A stretch of 64,000 nucleotides of DNA. Origin: Macrostomum hystrix. Lineage: Eukaryota; Animalia; Platyhelminthes. The notes under the pieces are model-generated. The model did no database searches, was not told where the DNA came from, and worked only from the letters and a program-made list of their open reading frames with translations. A program made the position numbers and the translations under genes. The stretch covers positions 7,006,001-7,070,000 of the forward strand of contig CATNEN010000034.1 of the NCBI GenBank assembly GCA_950097015.1, written 5' to 3'. Positions 12,326 through 27,000 of the stretch are shown here, piece by piece (the first letter of the stretch is position 1; each line of letters opens with the position of its first letter).

Positions 12326-13671
12326 TCAACCTCTTTGAAGAGGGTAGCACAGGCGGTCGCACTCATCCAACGCCTCCATCATGTCGTTTTCGGTGATGCC
12401 CTCCTCCTGGAACAGGTGAAAGAAGGCTCGCCCATTGGCGAACAGCTTCCGCACCTGAGCAGTATTCTGCTCAAAGAGACTGGCCGAAGAGCTCGAGTTG
12501 ATAAAGAAGACGGCCGACACGGTCTCGCCGCGCGGCGGAATGTCGCAGACGCCAACCGAGAAGGCGTGCGTCAGCCAGGCTGGGAAGGAGGCTTCGCGAC
12601 GAGTCCGCAGGTCTACAAGGGCGGAGTCTAGCGCCTGTATCGGGATGCGGCCCCGGTAAATTCCGGCGGCGGAGAAGACGCGGCCACTCGCGAGATCGCA
12701 GGAGGCCATTTGAATATCCGAGCTGAACATGCGGGTTGACAGTTCGCGAACTGAGCCGCCGTGTTTGGAGCCCCAGACTACTGAAGGCAGCAGGAAGTGC
12801 AGCCTGCGGGTTGAATGTAGTTTTCAACAAATTAGACCAGCGTATTAACCCTTGAATGTCGCCTGTCAGTTCGAGCTTCTATCTAGGCGACCTAGCTGAT
12901 AAATTCTTACCTGGGCAAAGGCACCAGAGCATTGACCAATTTTCCCGGACTCAGATTCAACTGTCCGGGAAATCGAATGCACGCGGTTAGTCCGAGCATC
13001 ATCATCGCAGCTGATCGATTCACATCCTCAATGTCTGGTCTCGTCCCCCCGTTAGTGGCCTTAATGCCGGCGGCAATGTCCCAGCAGTAGGTTAGCTCAG
13101 CTTTATCAGCTATGTGAGGGGTGCACAGAACCGCATTGTAGGCCTCGATACTAGCAGACTGTGTTGGGAACAAGCTGAAGGTGTGCACGGGAATGCCGGA
13201 CAGTCCCTTCTGAAGTAGGTGGCTGGTCAGGCCTGAGCCAGTGCCTCCTCCCAGGCTGTGGACAATGTGAATCGCTCCGACGCGGTCGCTGAGTTCTAGC
13301 TGACGTTGGAGAGTGTTTAGAATCGACTCGGTCATTGTGTGGGCTATGGATGAATTGAAGGCCCGGCCATAGGTGCTGGCTGCCTCTCCGGAGCCGTCTA
13401 TTAGGCTCTCCGGCTGGAACATGCCGCTGCACTGGCTGGCTGACAGGGCGGAAACCGCAGTCATGTCCAAATCTGCGAAGATTGCCCGCGGTGTGAACCG
13501 TCCAGATGGCGACTCGTTAAAGTTGACGCCAATTTTATCCAACTGGAGTTGACTGCAGCCGACGAAGCGGCCCTGGCAGTCCAGGCCGTGCTCGTCTGCC
13601 AGGCTCTCCCAGTAGTTGAGCCCAACACAGGAACCGCATTGGCCAATGTGGATGGTGATAATTTCATGCAT
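12326..13671 (-). CDS. Highly divergent beta-tubulin-like protein, 412 aa, 2 exons
   Basis: Exons 13671-12911 and 12803-12326 (GT-AG; 1239 nt). MHEIITIHIGQCG, PRAIFADLD, SLGGGTGSG, RFPGQLN..KL...PLPRLHF and VCDIPPRG all align to beta-tubulin. Confidence 0.9.
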
Positions 13672-14511
13672 TCTTGAGCTGCCAATGCCCTGCGTATGTT
13701 GCAAAGAATATTGCGTTTGTTAAATCACAGCGAGGCACTTGAATACTATTTGGAACACCGTATGGCGCTTCGGCACCAATGGCTTCTGAGCTTTAGCGCT
13801 CTTGGCCATAGACTAGGAGAAAAGTTTATTAGTTAATTAGTGTTCTATTTCAGCAAAGGAACGCATACATCTAAGGCTAAAAGGGCATATCTACTTTGGC
13901 CCGATTTCTTTTCAAACTTGTACCTGAAGCTAATATTCAGACCTATTCAGCTAATATCATTAATGAGATTAATAAATCAAAACACCGTTCAATCTTTTAT
14001 GTGCACATGTCACCAAATAAACCCAAACAGTTAACGACACCACAGCTATTTCCGGCGCTCAGAAAATATTCTGCATCGACGGCTACAGCTGCAGGTGTAG
14101 CTCAGCTCTGAATAATGCTAGCTTTGGACAGTATTGTTGTCCCTAGGTCCTTTCTTCTCTCTTTCCTTTACCACCATAGCAAGGCAAGAGGTCTAGCGCT
14201 AATGCAGGTATCCAAGGCCTCCTGAGTGCAAAGGGAATTTTATACCGCTTGCCACTATAACTGAGCGCTGCCAGTGAGTTCATTCAGCCTATTGTCAAGG
14301 GGTCATAGGCTGCTCATTCGTTGCTGCTCTGTTGGTACAATGAGAGCCGCAAAATTCAGCAGAGCAGCTTCTAGAAAAAAGAGAGAAATATTCTGCGGCG
14401 TGGCCGAGGTGGAAAAGCTCCACTCAAACCAAACTCAAAACCAAACAAATTTATTAGACAGAAGCAGACTCGCGACTCAAAAATACTCCGCTCCCCGGCT
14501 GGATTTTTCTC

Positions 14512-18510
<3,999 letters not shown>

Positions 18511-18979
18511 TGACCCGACCCTATGAACTAAAATATAACCTTTTCTTTTAGTGACTTTCTGTCACTTTCATTCCTGTTATTTTCAGGAAAAAAAATGAAA
18601 ACCTTTATTTCGAGCCCAAATTGCGCATAGCACTCTACTGTGACAAGTAGTTTGTTGACGACATGCTCGGCTGAGCCGCACGAATTGTTTGCTAGAAGGT
18701 GTTAGAACTTTTAGCTATTTGAAAACGAAACGAACTCACCCAGAATGTTTAAATTATTTCATAATGGCTGACGTTCCAAACCTTTACTTTTCTGCGAACT
18801 CGTAGCTCCCTTTATCATATCTAGCTTTATGTTAGTAATATAGCAGAAATTAATATAATTATATTATTATTAATTAAGAAGTACATTTATCATCTCTGAT
18901 ACTTTTTGTTTATTACTTCCCTCTCGGTTAATCGCTCTAAATATTTATCTCGTTTACAATTAAACTCTATGATTGCTCT

Positions 18980-19678
18980 GATCTCTCTCAGTCACTCACT
19001 GATCACTCCGATCTCTCTCAGTCACTCACTGATCACTCCGATCTCTCTCAGTCACTCACTGATCACTCCGATCTCTCTCAGTCACTCACTGATCACTCCG
19101 ATCTCTCTCAGTCACTCACTGATCACTCCGATCTCTCTCAGTCCCTCACTGATCACTCCGATCTCTCTCAGTCACTCATTGACCACTCCGATCTCTCTCA
19201 GTCACTCACTGATCACTCCGATCTCTCTCAGTCACTCACTGATCACTCCGATCTCTCTCAGTCACTCACTGATCACTCCGATCTCTCTCAGTCACTCACT
19301 GATCACTCCGATCTCTCTCAGTCACTCATTGACCACTCCGATCTCTCTCAGTCACTCATTGACCACTCCGATCTCTCTCAGTCACTCACTGATCACTCCG
19401 ATCTCTCTCAGTCACTCACTGATCACTCCGATCTCTCTCAGTCACTCACTGATCACTCCGATCTCTCTCAGTCACTCACTGATCACTCCGATCTCTCTCA
19501 GTCACTCACTGATCACTCCGATCTCTCTCAGTCACTCACTGATCACTCCGATCTCTCTCAGTCACTCACTGATCACTCCGATCTCTCTCAGTCACTCACT
19601 GATCACTCCGATCTCTCTCAGTCACTCACTGATCACTCCGATCTCTCTCAGTCACTCACTGATCACTCCGATCTCTCT
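18980..19678. repeat. 30-bp minisatellite (gatctctctcagtcactcactgatcactcc), about 23 copies
   Basis: Direct tandem units, a few with the ttgaccact variant. It explains the 315-aa repeat ORF. Confidence 0.97.
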
Positions 19679-20675
19679 TTGGCAAGTCTCACTCAATCTC
19701 TTTGAAGTTCGTTCGCGTGGATCTGAGTTATTTAAAATCCGAGTCCACAGAAGCCTCAGAGCTATGAAGCAACATCCAAAGAAAAGGCTCGGCGTAGACA
19801 AGACCATCAGGCAGTCGCCTCGTTCCTCCCCTGGGCATCGAAGCAAATTATAAAATGCACAGAAAATGGTCGCTGAAAAGCAACAAGAACAAAGTCTTGC
19901 CTGTTTCAGTTGTGCCTAGACAGTGGTAGTAGGCTAAATTGATAAAAAGGATCAAGCAAACCATTTAGCTGCAGGGACACAGTCTTTTGTCATTAAAAAG
20001 TGAACATGATTCTGTTTGCCTAGATAAGCCACCTACTAGATCAGCTTTGAACAGATCCCAGCCATGTTAGGACTGTAATGCGTACAGCAGGAGACAAAGG
20101 GGGCAACCAAAACTGGCATCCCTCCAGGTGAAACGGTGGCAGCCACTCATCAGAGAGCAGACAGAAGCCAAACAGCCCAAAGAGGGAGGCACCAAGCAAT
20201 AGCTGCTGAGACCGGGTGGAAAGGGAACGAGAAGCAGAACCCGCATTTAGGAATTTTATTGGGAATTTTTCATCCACAATCACCCAGCTCAACCTTTAGT
20301 TGTCGGTCGAGCCAGCAGCAGCAGCAGCAGCTGAGCCCACATCGACTCCATCAATGCAGCTGTGCATCACGGCTGAACAAAAAGGCAGCCCGCACAAGGC
20401 AGAGCCGGTCGATGACTGGAGAGGTGGCAGACCAGGAGACGCTGGAATTGTCCCCTGCCAACAGCTTTTTTGGGGGATGTGCTACAGCAGAGGGGGGGCT
20501 AGGGATGGCACTGGCGTGGGATTGGGCAGAGGGAGTGCTTGCAGTTCTAGACTGAGCTATATTGGTGATTTGGAAGAGATTCTAAAACAGAAGAGTCTTG
20601 ACAACAGCACTGGAAAGCAGTTCTAACTAGCCAACAACCAGCTCTGAGCTCTGAGGGCGGGTCGCGGCTCTAAGC

Positions 20676-21104
20676 ATGACGCAACTCGTGTGGATCGCCC
20701 ACCTGACCATCGCGGTGGTCTTCATCGGCCTGTTGGCGGCGTCGTTCGCCAGATTTCACTGGAAGCGACGGCTGCAGCGGAAGCGTCAGGAGGACAACAA
20801 GCTGGCCAGGGCGCTGCACCGCCAGATCCTGCTCAAGCGAATGACCCAGGCTGGCAACGCGTTCGCCGCTGGACCCCGAATGCAACAGCTGAAGCAGCAG
20901 CAACAGCAGCAGCAGCAGCAGCAGCAGCAACCAAGCCGATTCGGTGCCATAGCGGAAGAGATGGACAGGGATTGCAGCAACTGCGGTCCAAGCGGTAGCG
21001 GCCTTCAGACGCAGCGAAGTCCCGATAGGCCCAAGCCGGGCGGTTTGAACCTGGTGCTGGCCAACTTCCGCAAGTCTGGCGCCGCTTCGCACGCGGACAA
21101 TTGA
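20676..21104 (+). CDS. Hypothetical single-pass membrane protein with poly-Q, 142 aa
   Basis: ATG to TGA ORF; N-terminal hydrophobic helix followed by a basic stop-transfer (WKRRLQRKR); GC-rich, coding-like composition. Confidence 0.55.
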   Translation: MTQLVWIAHLTIAVVFIGLLAASFARFHWKRRLQRKRQEDNKLARALHRQILLKRMTQAGNAFAAGPRMQQLKQQQQQQQQQQQQPSRFGAIAEEMDRDCSNCGPSGSGLQTQRSPDRPKPGGLNLVLANFRKSGAASHADN

Positions 21105-21923
21105 AAAGCTGTGCAATTTGTTTTAACAATGTCAGGCAGTTTCTTCAGATTATTGTCTTTTCATTTTTAGCTGTACAAAACGAAAACTTCAAAAAGATAG
21201 TAAGACTCTGAGGATTACCGGGTGCTCGTGGGAGGAAGAGATTAAGAAATGTACTTTTAAACGTACGATTACCGTGCGTTCATTGTAAAGTAGATCCCGC
21301 TGGGTCAAATCTGATTATTTGGAATTCCCGACTTTCTAAATAACTGATAGAAACATGAGAATAGTTTAGATGAGCCGCAATAATATTTTCAAGGCAGGTG
21401 ATCGTGCATGTCAAGTCTTTATTGATTATTTGTCCATTTTTATGAGCCGGTCACTGTAACGAAATTGTTTATTGGTGTGATCCCAGGCTCTAAAAATTGC
21501 CTAGAACTGCGTCTTCCCTCTGCGGGATATTTTATCCTTACTTCGCACGCGCTATATAACACCATGCTGACCCAATTTGTTTCCTGTGATTACTATTAAT
21601 TTATTAGATTCTGAAACAAATTTTCGATTTCTAATATGCCAAAAGTGTAATGTTACGAACGAAATAATGTCTTAACAAATATTTTATTCAAACGAACTAA
21701 ACACCGATTTAGCGTTTGAAAGACTGAAATTAGCACGCTGATTAATTTCTCAAGGCGAAAGGCCTTCTCGTTTACACGTTGGAACGGCAGCGAAGATAGT
21801 GTCCCGCATTGTGTGTATATTAAAAGAAAAAACAGCGTAGATACGCTCGTAAAGGGGCCTAGGGAGGCGCAAAGAGGTGGCGTGACAGTCTTCGCCAACC
21901 CCCCGCTCGGCTTAGCGAGCCGG

Positions 21924-22515
21924 CTGGCTGGGTGCACCAACCACACAGCTAAACAGATGTGGGTAGTTTGAGTGCAGCTGCACTGGCGCTGGCCGGTCAC
22001 GTGTAGTCTGGCTGGGTGCACCAACCACACAGCTAAACAGATGTGGGTAGTTTGAGTGCAGCTGCACTGGCACTGGCCGGTCACGTGTAGTCTGGCTGGG
22101 TGCACCAACCACACAGCTAAACAGATGCAGGGAGTTTGAGTGCAGCTGCACTAGCGCTGGTCGGTCACGTGTAGTCTGGCTGGGTGCACCAACCACACAG
22201 CTAAACAGATGTGGGGAGTTTGAGTGCAGCTGCACTGGCGCTGGCCGGTCACGTGTAGTCTGGCTGGGTGCACCAACCACACAGCTAAACAGATGTGGGT
22301 AGTTTGAGTGCAGCTGCACTGGCGCTGGCCGGTCACGTGTAGTCTGGCTGGGTGCACCAACCACACAGCTAAACAGATGTGGGGAGTTTGAGTGCAGCTG
22401 CACTGGCGCTGGCCGGTCACGTGTAGTCTGGCTGGGTGCACCAACCACACAGCTAAACAGATGTGGGGAGTTTGAGTGCAGCTGCACTGGCGCTGGCCGG
22501 TCACGTATAGTCTGG
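21924..22515. repeat. 84-bp tandem repeat, 7 full units, in a ~1 kb GC-rich island (about 21790-22830)
   Basis: Units start every 84 bp (22008, 22092, 22176 ...) with only point variants; the island ends in (GTAA)n. Confidence 0.95.
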
Positions 22516-23559
22516 CTGCCACACAGCTCCCCCCAGCACTGAGCTAGGCCCCCGAACGTCGTCGGGTGCTCGGCGAGCCAACGATGATGACGAGGAGCGG
22601 TCCCCGAAGGTAGCTGGAGCTGGCGCTGAAGGCCGCGGGAGCGGGCGCTGAAGGCAGAAGGGGCGGGCGCCGTAGGCAGCAGGTGCTGGCGCTGAATGCA
22701 GCAAGGGGCACCGAGCGGATGCCATAAGTACATTCGGCACGGCGCCGAAACTGAAGAGTTGGAATGGCAGCTGGGTCGGCAGGCGGGCGCCGAGAGGCAG
22801 CAGGTGCAAGCGCCGAAGTAAGTAAGTAAGTACGTATTAATTATCTATTGAAAGTCCAAAGTATTATCTAATGACTCCTTTAAAACCCCTTTAATGTACA
22901 GGTAGTACATTCAAACTTTATCCAGCAGGCTGGGGTGGCAATACGAGCTCGTATTAGCTCACCATTGAAGCGCCGATGTCACCAATGTACCGCATAAAAC
23001 TGCCAGATGGAAAAATAGCTTATTGACCTTGACAGCCAGAGGACAGATTGTAAACAAATCGGCTGCATCGTTGACAAGCCGCGCAGAGACCGGAAGACCG
23101 GACAAATCAGTTAAGATTTAAACAAGCAAAGCTTGGCTCCACTATATGCACAAGTAAACTTTAACCCTAAGTATTGGCCATCTTTCTGATAGTCTGCTGC
23201 TGCTGCTGTGTGTGTGTTTGCTCAGCAATCATCGCGTGGTCCTCTAGCACCGAAAATGTTTTTGCCAATTATTGGACAGCCAGTTTGCTTGGTCTAAAGG
23301 GCAAGCATGCTTCTATACGAGTGCGAATATAGCAGTCAAAATAAGTGTTCACTCCGCCTTTAACTACTAATAGTAGAATATAAAAATATAAATGTGTACA
23401 TGAAATCCTAAATTTAGAATTTTGTAATCTATCTATAGTTGGCTGGCTTCTGGCAGAAGATAAAACCAACTAACTTGTGTTTATGTACTAACTGGTCATT
23501 ATAAAATCAGGAATTGAAAAACTGTGGTTGCAAAAATATTACATCGATATTATACTAGG

Positions 23560-23830
23560 AGTTGTAGTTTAATGATTACGGCATCGGACTCATGAATTGA
23601 TGGTCGGGCGTTCGATTTCCCGAATTCACTGAAACAATGTGTGTCATCTAACAAGCACAATTAAATCTGCATTGCTTCAGTTCACCCAGCTGTACCATCC
23701 TTCATTCGCTTGGGGAATATGTGGGCGTGGCGTCCCCCAGTCCATGGACTGAACAGCAACACTGCAGCCTTCAGATAAGCCGCGCAATAGCTGCGGCTGT
23801 GCTGTCCCAATCGGGGCAGGTGTAATCAAT
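23560..23830 (+). mobile_element. CORE-type SINE family A, degenerate copy
   Basis: gcatcggactcatga...gttcgatt...gcttcagttcacccagctg...cagtccatggactgaacag...ggggcaggtgtaatc. Confidence 0.8.
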
Positions 23831-24089
23831 TTTCACTATTATCAGTATAAAAGGTCTTACTAAGCGAGGTAGCTATGGGAACTAGCAATACCTAACTATA
23901 GGAATCGTGAACTTTGATACTTTCGTGCGAATCAAGCTTGAGTAGCATCATGCCAGCTTTACTCATAACTTAGTTCGTACAAATTTTAACTAAATATACA
24001 TGTATAAAACGTCAGCGCCTTTCTTTGTAGAAAAAATTTTTTTTGTGAAATAATAAATAAATCGTTTGAGCTACTAAATTGTCAAAGAG

Positions 24090-27000
24090 TCACAGACAAG
24101 AGCAGCATCGCGGAGACTTGGTCTCAGCAGCTTCATCAACAGTCGAGACGCAGGATTCAGAGGACACAGATTTACAATTGGATCCCTTCTCAGATGGGGA
24201 TTCGAGAAGTGAGAACAGCATGACGGGCGCATTGTGGGTGAGCACAAGCAGGTCCCGACCGGCCTCTCCGATCAGACAAAAACCGACCGGGTCCGACTCA
24301 AATAGATAGTTTGCTAAACGGCGACCATCAACCATTCGGTACACCTGCGCGGCATCAGGAGAAGTATCAGAAATGAGGATAAAATAAAACAAAAGCGTAC
24401 TGAGAGCACTAGGCAAGCTTCTCACCTGCAAGCCTCGAGGTGGAAGCACGGCGAACAACTCAGAGTTTTTCGCAGTGTCATCGTCAAACACCGCGAACTC
24501 CACTTCGTAGGCGGGAAAGTACACCTGGCCCACCAGCAGGCTGCAGTCGGGAGTGACCTGCAGACGCACAAAGTACACATCCTCACCCGGACTGAGACTG
24601 CGAATCACTTCTCCTTTCATGTAGTCCACAATCTGCAGCTTGTAGTTGACGAGGTGCTGGTTGTCGTTGAGGAAGGCCACTGCGGGACCCATGTCGAAAA
24701 CTTTTCCGACAGAGTGTTGTATCTGCAGCTCGGTGATCGGCGTGCCAGTCTCAACGTCGCTGTAGTCAAGGCGAACCACCGCGCCAAGCCAAATCGGAGG
24801 AACTCCGACACCGAGCCGAATCTCCTCCGATGCCTTGAGTTGTTGGCTGAATGCCAAGTTAAGAGTGCACTTCTCAGGCACGAACTGGAGATCAACAAGA
24901 TCCATACGCTTGGACATCTTCTTTTTCATGAATTCAACTACCATGTTTTCGCGTTCAGGATCTTCCATCTCATTGTTGTTCGCTACACTCACTCTAGCCC
25001 TGTCAACTTGGTCCTGCGCCTCAGGCAGCGGAGCGCTGAATATGAAGCGACTGAAAGACTCGAGAAAATTCTTAGATAAGTGTATATCTGGTGAGTCGGA
25101 ATTTACCGTAAACTGGTTCTGTAAATCCGACAGACGGTACTTGCATCCGTTTAGAGTGCTCAGACACTGGATAGATAGGTAGCTAAGCCAAATTTTGGTA
25201 AAGTCCAGATTGAGAAGAATAAGCAGCTTCTTTGATTCATCCATAAGTGAGATCTCTAAAGGAGACTGCTCAGCAAAAACAGGCGATTGAATGAATTTAG
25301 CATTCAGCATATTTATCTGTATCGTTACCTGAACAGAGCTTTGGGGTTCAGAATTTCTGTCAGTAGTCTCTTCGTCAACAACTATAAACTCCGCACCGAA
25401 TTGTTTAAGAATGGCCTTTGCATTTTGAGAACCCAGCTGATTAGCACTGCTACTACGAATATACGCAACCAGATTGGGATCGTGCAGGACTATTGTCGTG
25501 ACATCACGCTGCCCTACTCGACAACGAACTTCGACTAGCGGCTTAGCAGCTAATACATGTGTCTCTTCGTCCCATCCTGACGATGCACTGCTTAAAGATG
25601 CCAACATTGTAATGGTGTTGAGACTAATGGTCTCACTCCCAATAATATCTACTTCGCCTTTTTTCGCGAGCGAAACAGCACAGCGCGCCAGTTTCCTTTG
25701 TTTAAAATTAGGTAGCAGGGCGGAGTCTTCTCTACCTGAAGAGTCGAAGAACGATTTCAGATTGTAGACCTTAGCCATGATGTACATTCGCTCATCTGTG
25801 TCACCAGCTGACTCGTCGGGAAAGTGGCAGATTGTAAAGAAATCAGTGCCCATTGGCTGACCTGCCAGAAAGCTCTCCGCCGACCCCAGTCGAATTCCTT
25901 TCAGAAGCTCACCGGTCTCAACTGACCACACGAGCAGCAAAACTTTTGTTCCCGATGTGAGAAGAAGCCGTTCATCTTCTGTGAACTTTGCTTGCGTTCC
26001 ATCTCCAAATGCGGACATGGCGGACTGAAACTCGCTATTTTCTGATCTTATCCGTAAAGGAATTGCTCTGTGCCTATCGGCATCAAATATGACACCTCGG
26101 ATAGCCTCCTTTTGACTCGCACCCACTCTTCTTAGTTTCAGAAAGTAGGCTAATCTCTTCCTCGAGCGGCTAGCGAAGTTCTGCGAAAATTTCACGTCTA
26201 GTGCTGCATCTACATCAACGATCGAGCGAAGCTTCATAGCCCCGGAGGTTGACAGCAGCAGAAAATAAGTTTTCGACTCACTTTCATCGCTCCCTGCCAC
26301 TGTACCTGTGAAGGTTACCATTGCGACAATATCTCTCTCATGGTTGATTAGGCATGCATTAGCAGTAATGATTGTGGCCGATAAAATAAAATTAATGGAA
26401 TTAGTTTTATGTGACAATACCTTGGCCTTACCGGACCTTGTCCATGGGTCTACAGTGCCACTTCGCGTTTAGATCAGCGCTACTAAAGGACTGAAATATT
26501 TCCGAAAGAAAGGCTTTTAAAAATGTCCCCTTTTGAAGGTTAATAAACGTTAAAAGTGTAGAACTTTTCTCTGTTAGCTCCAGACCAAAGCAAAGCAAAA
26601 GATTCTTGCAATCCAGGATTTTGAGTACCGATTTTGGAGGTTCCGCTAGTTTCTTCACCAAATAATGTAATCAACTTTCTGTCTTTAAGTGACAGAAGAT
26701 TAAGAGTGCACGTTCCTGTCGAGTCACTTTTTCCCTTGCAGCACAGCACATAGTCCTTTGTCACGTATTCGACATCATCTGAAGTGACACCCCAAGATGG
26801 GTCCAACGACATCAGCTTTGTCACTCGGCCGTTCATGAAGTCGACTCGAACGAGATCGTGTGACTTCTGGCCTTCTTCGCCAGCCAGCTTCTTCTTCATA
26901 TTGTCGTCGACGCCCAATTTATCCATGAGGCTGTCAGGAATCTCTCCGGCATTGAGAGCGTCCATCATGCCTTGCAGCTCTTGAGGCACCTCCTTGTTGC

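Noticed and set aside
18906-19853. 315-aa repeat protein (ITPISLSHSL)n, and similar ORFs over the TCTG and 84-bp repeats
   Set aside because: These frames are by-products of stop-free repeat units.
20040-20626. Possible exons of an unknown gene
   Set aside because: The composition looks coding-like but I could not build a consistent model or recognise any motif.
21924-22515. CRISPR array
   Set aside because: No unique spacers, no cas genes, eukaryotic context.
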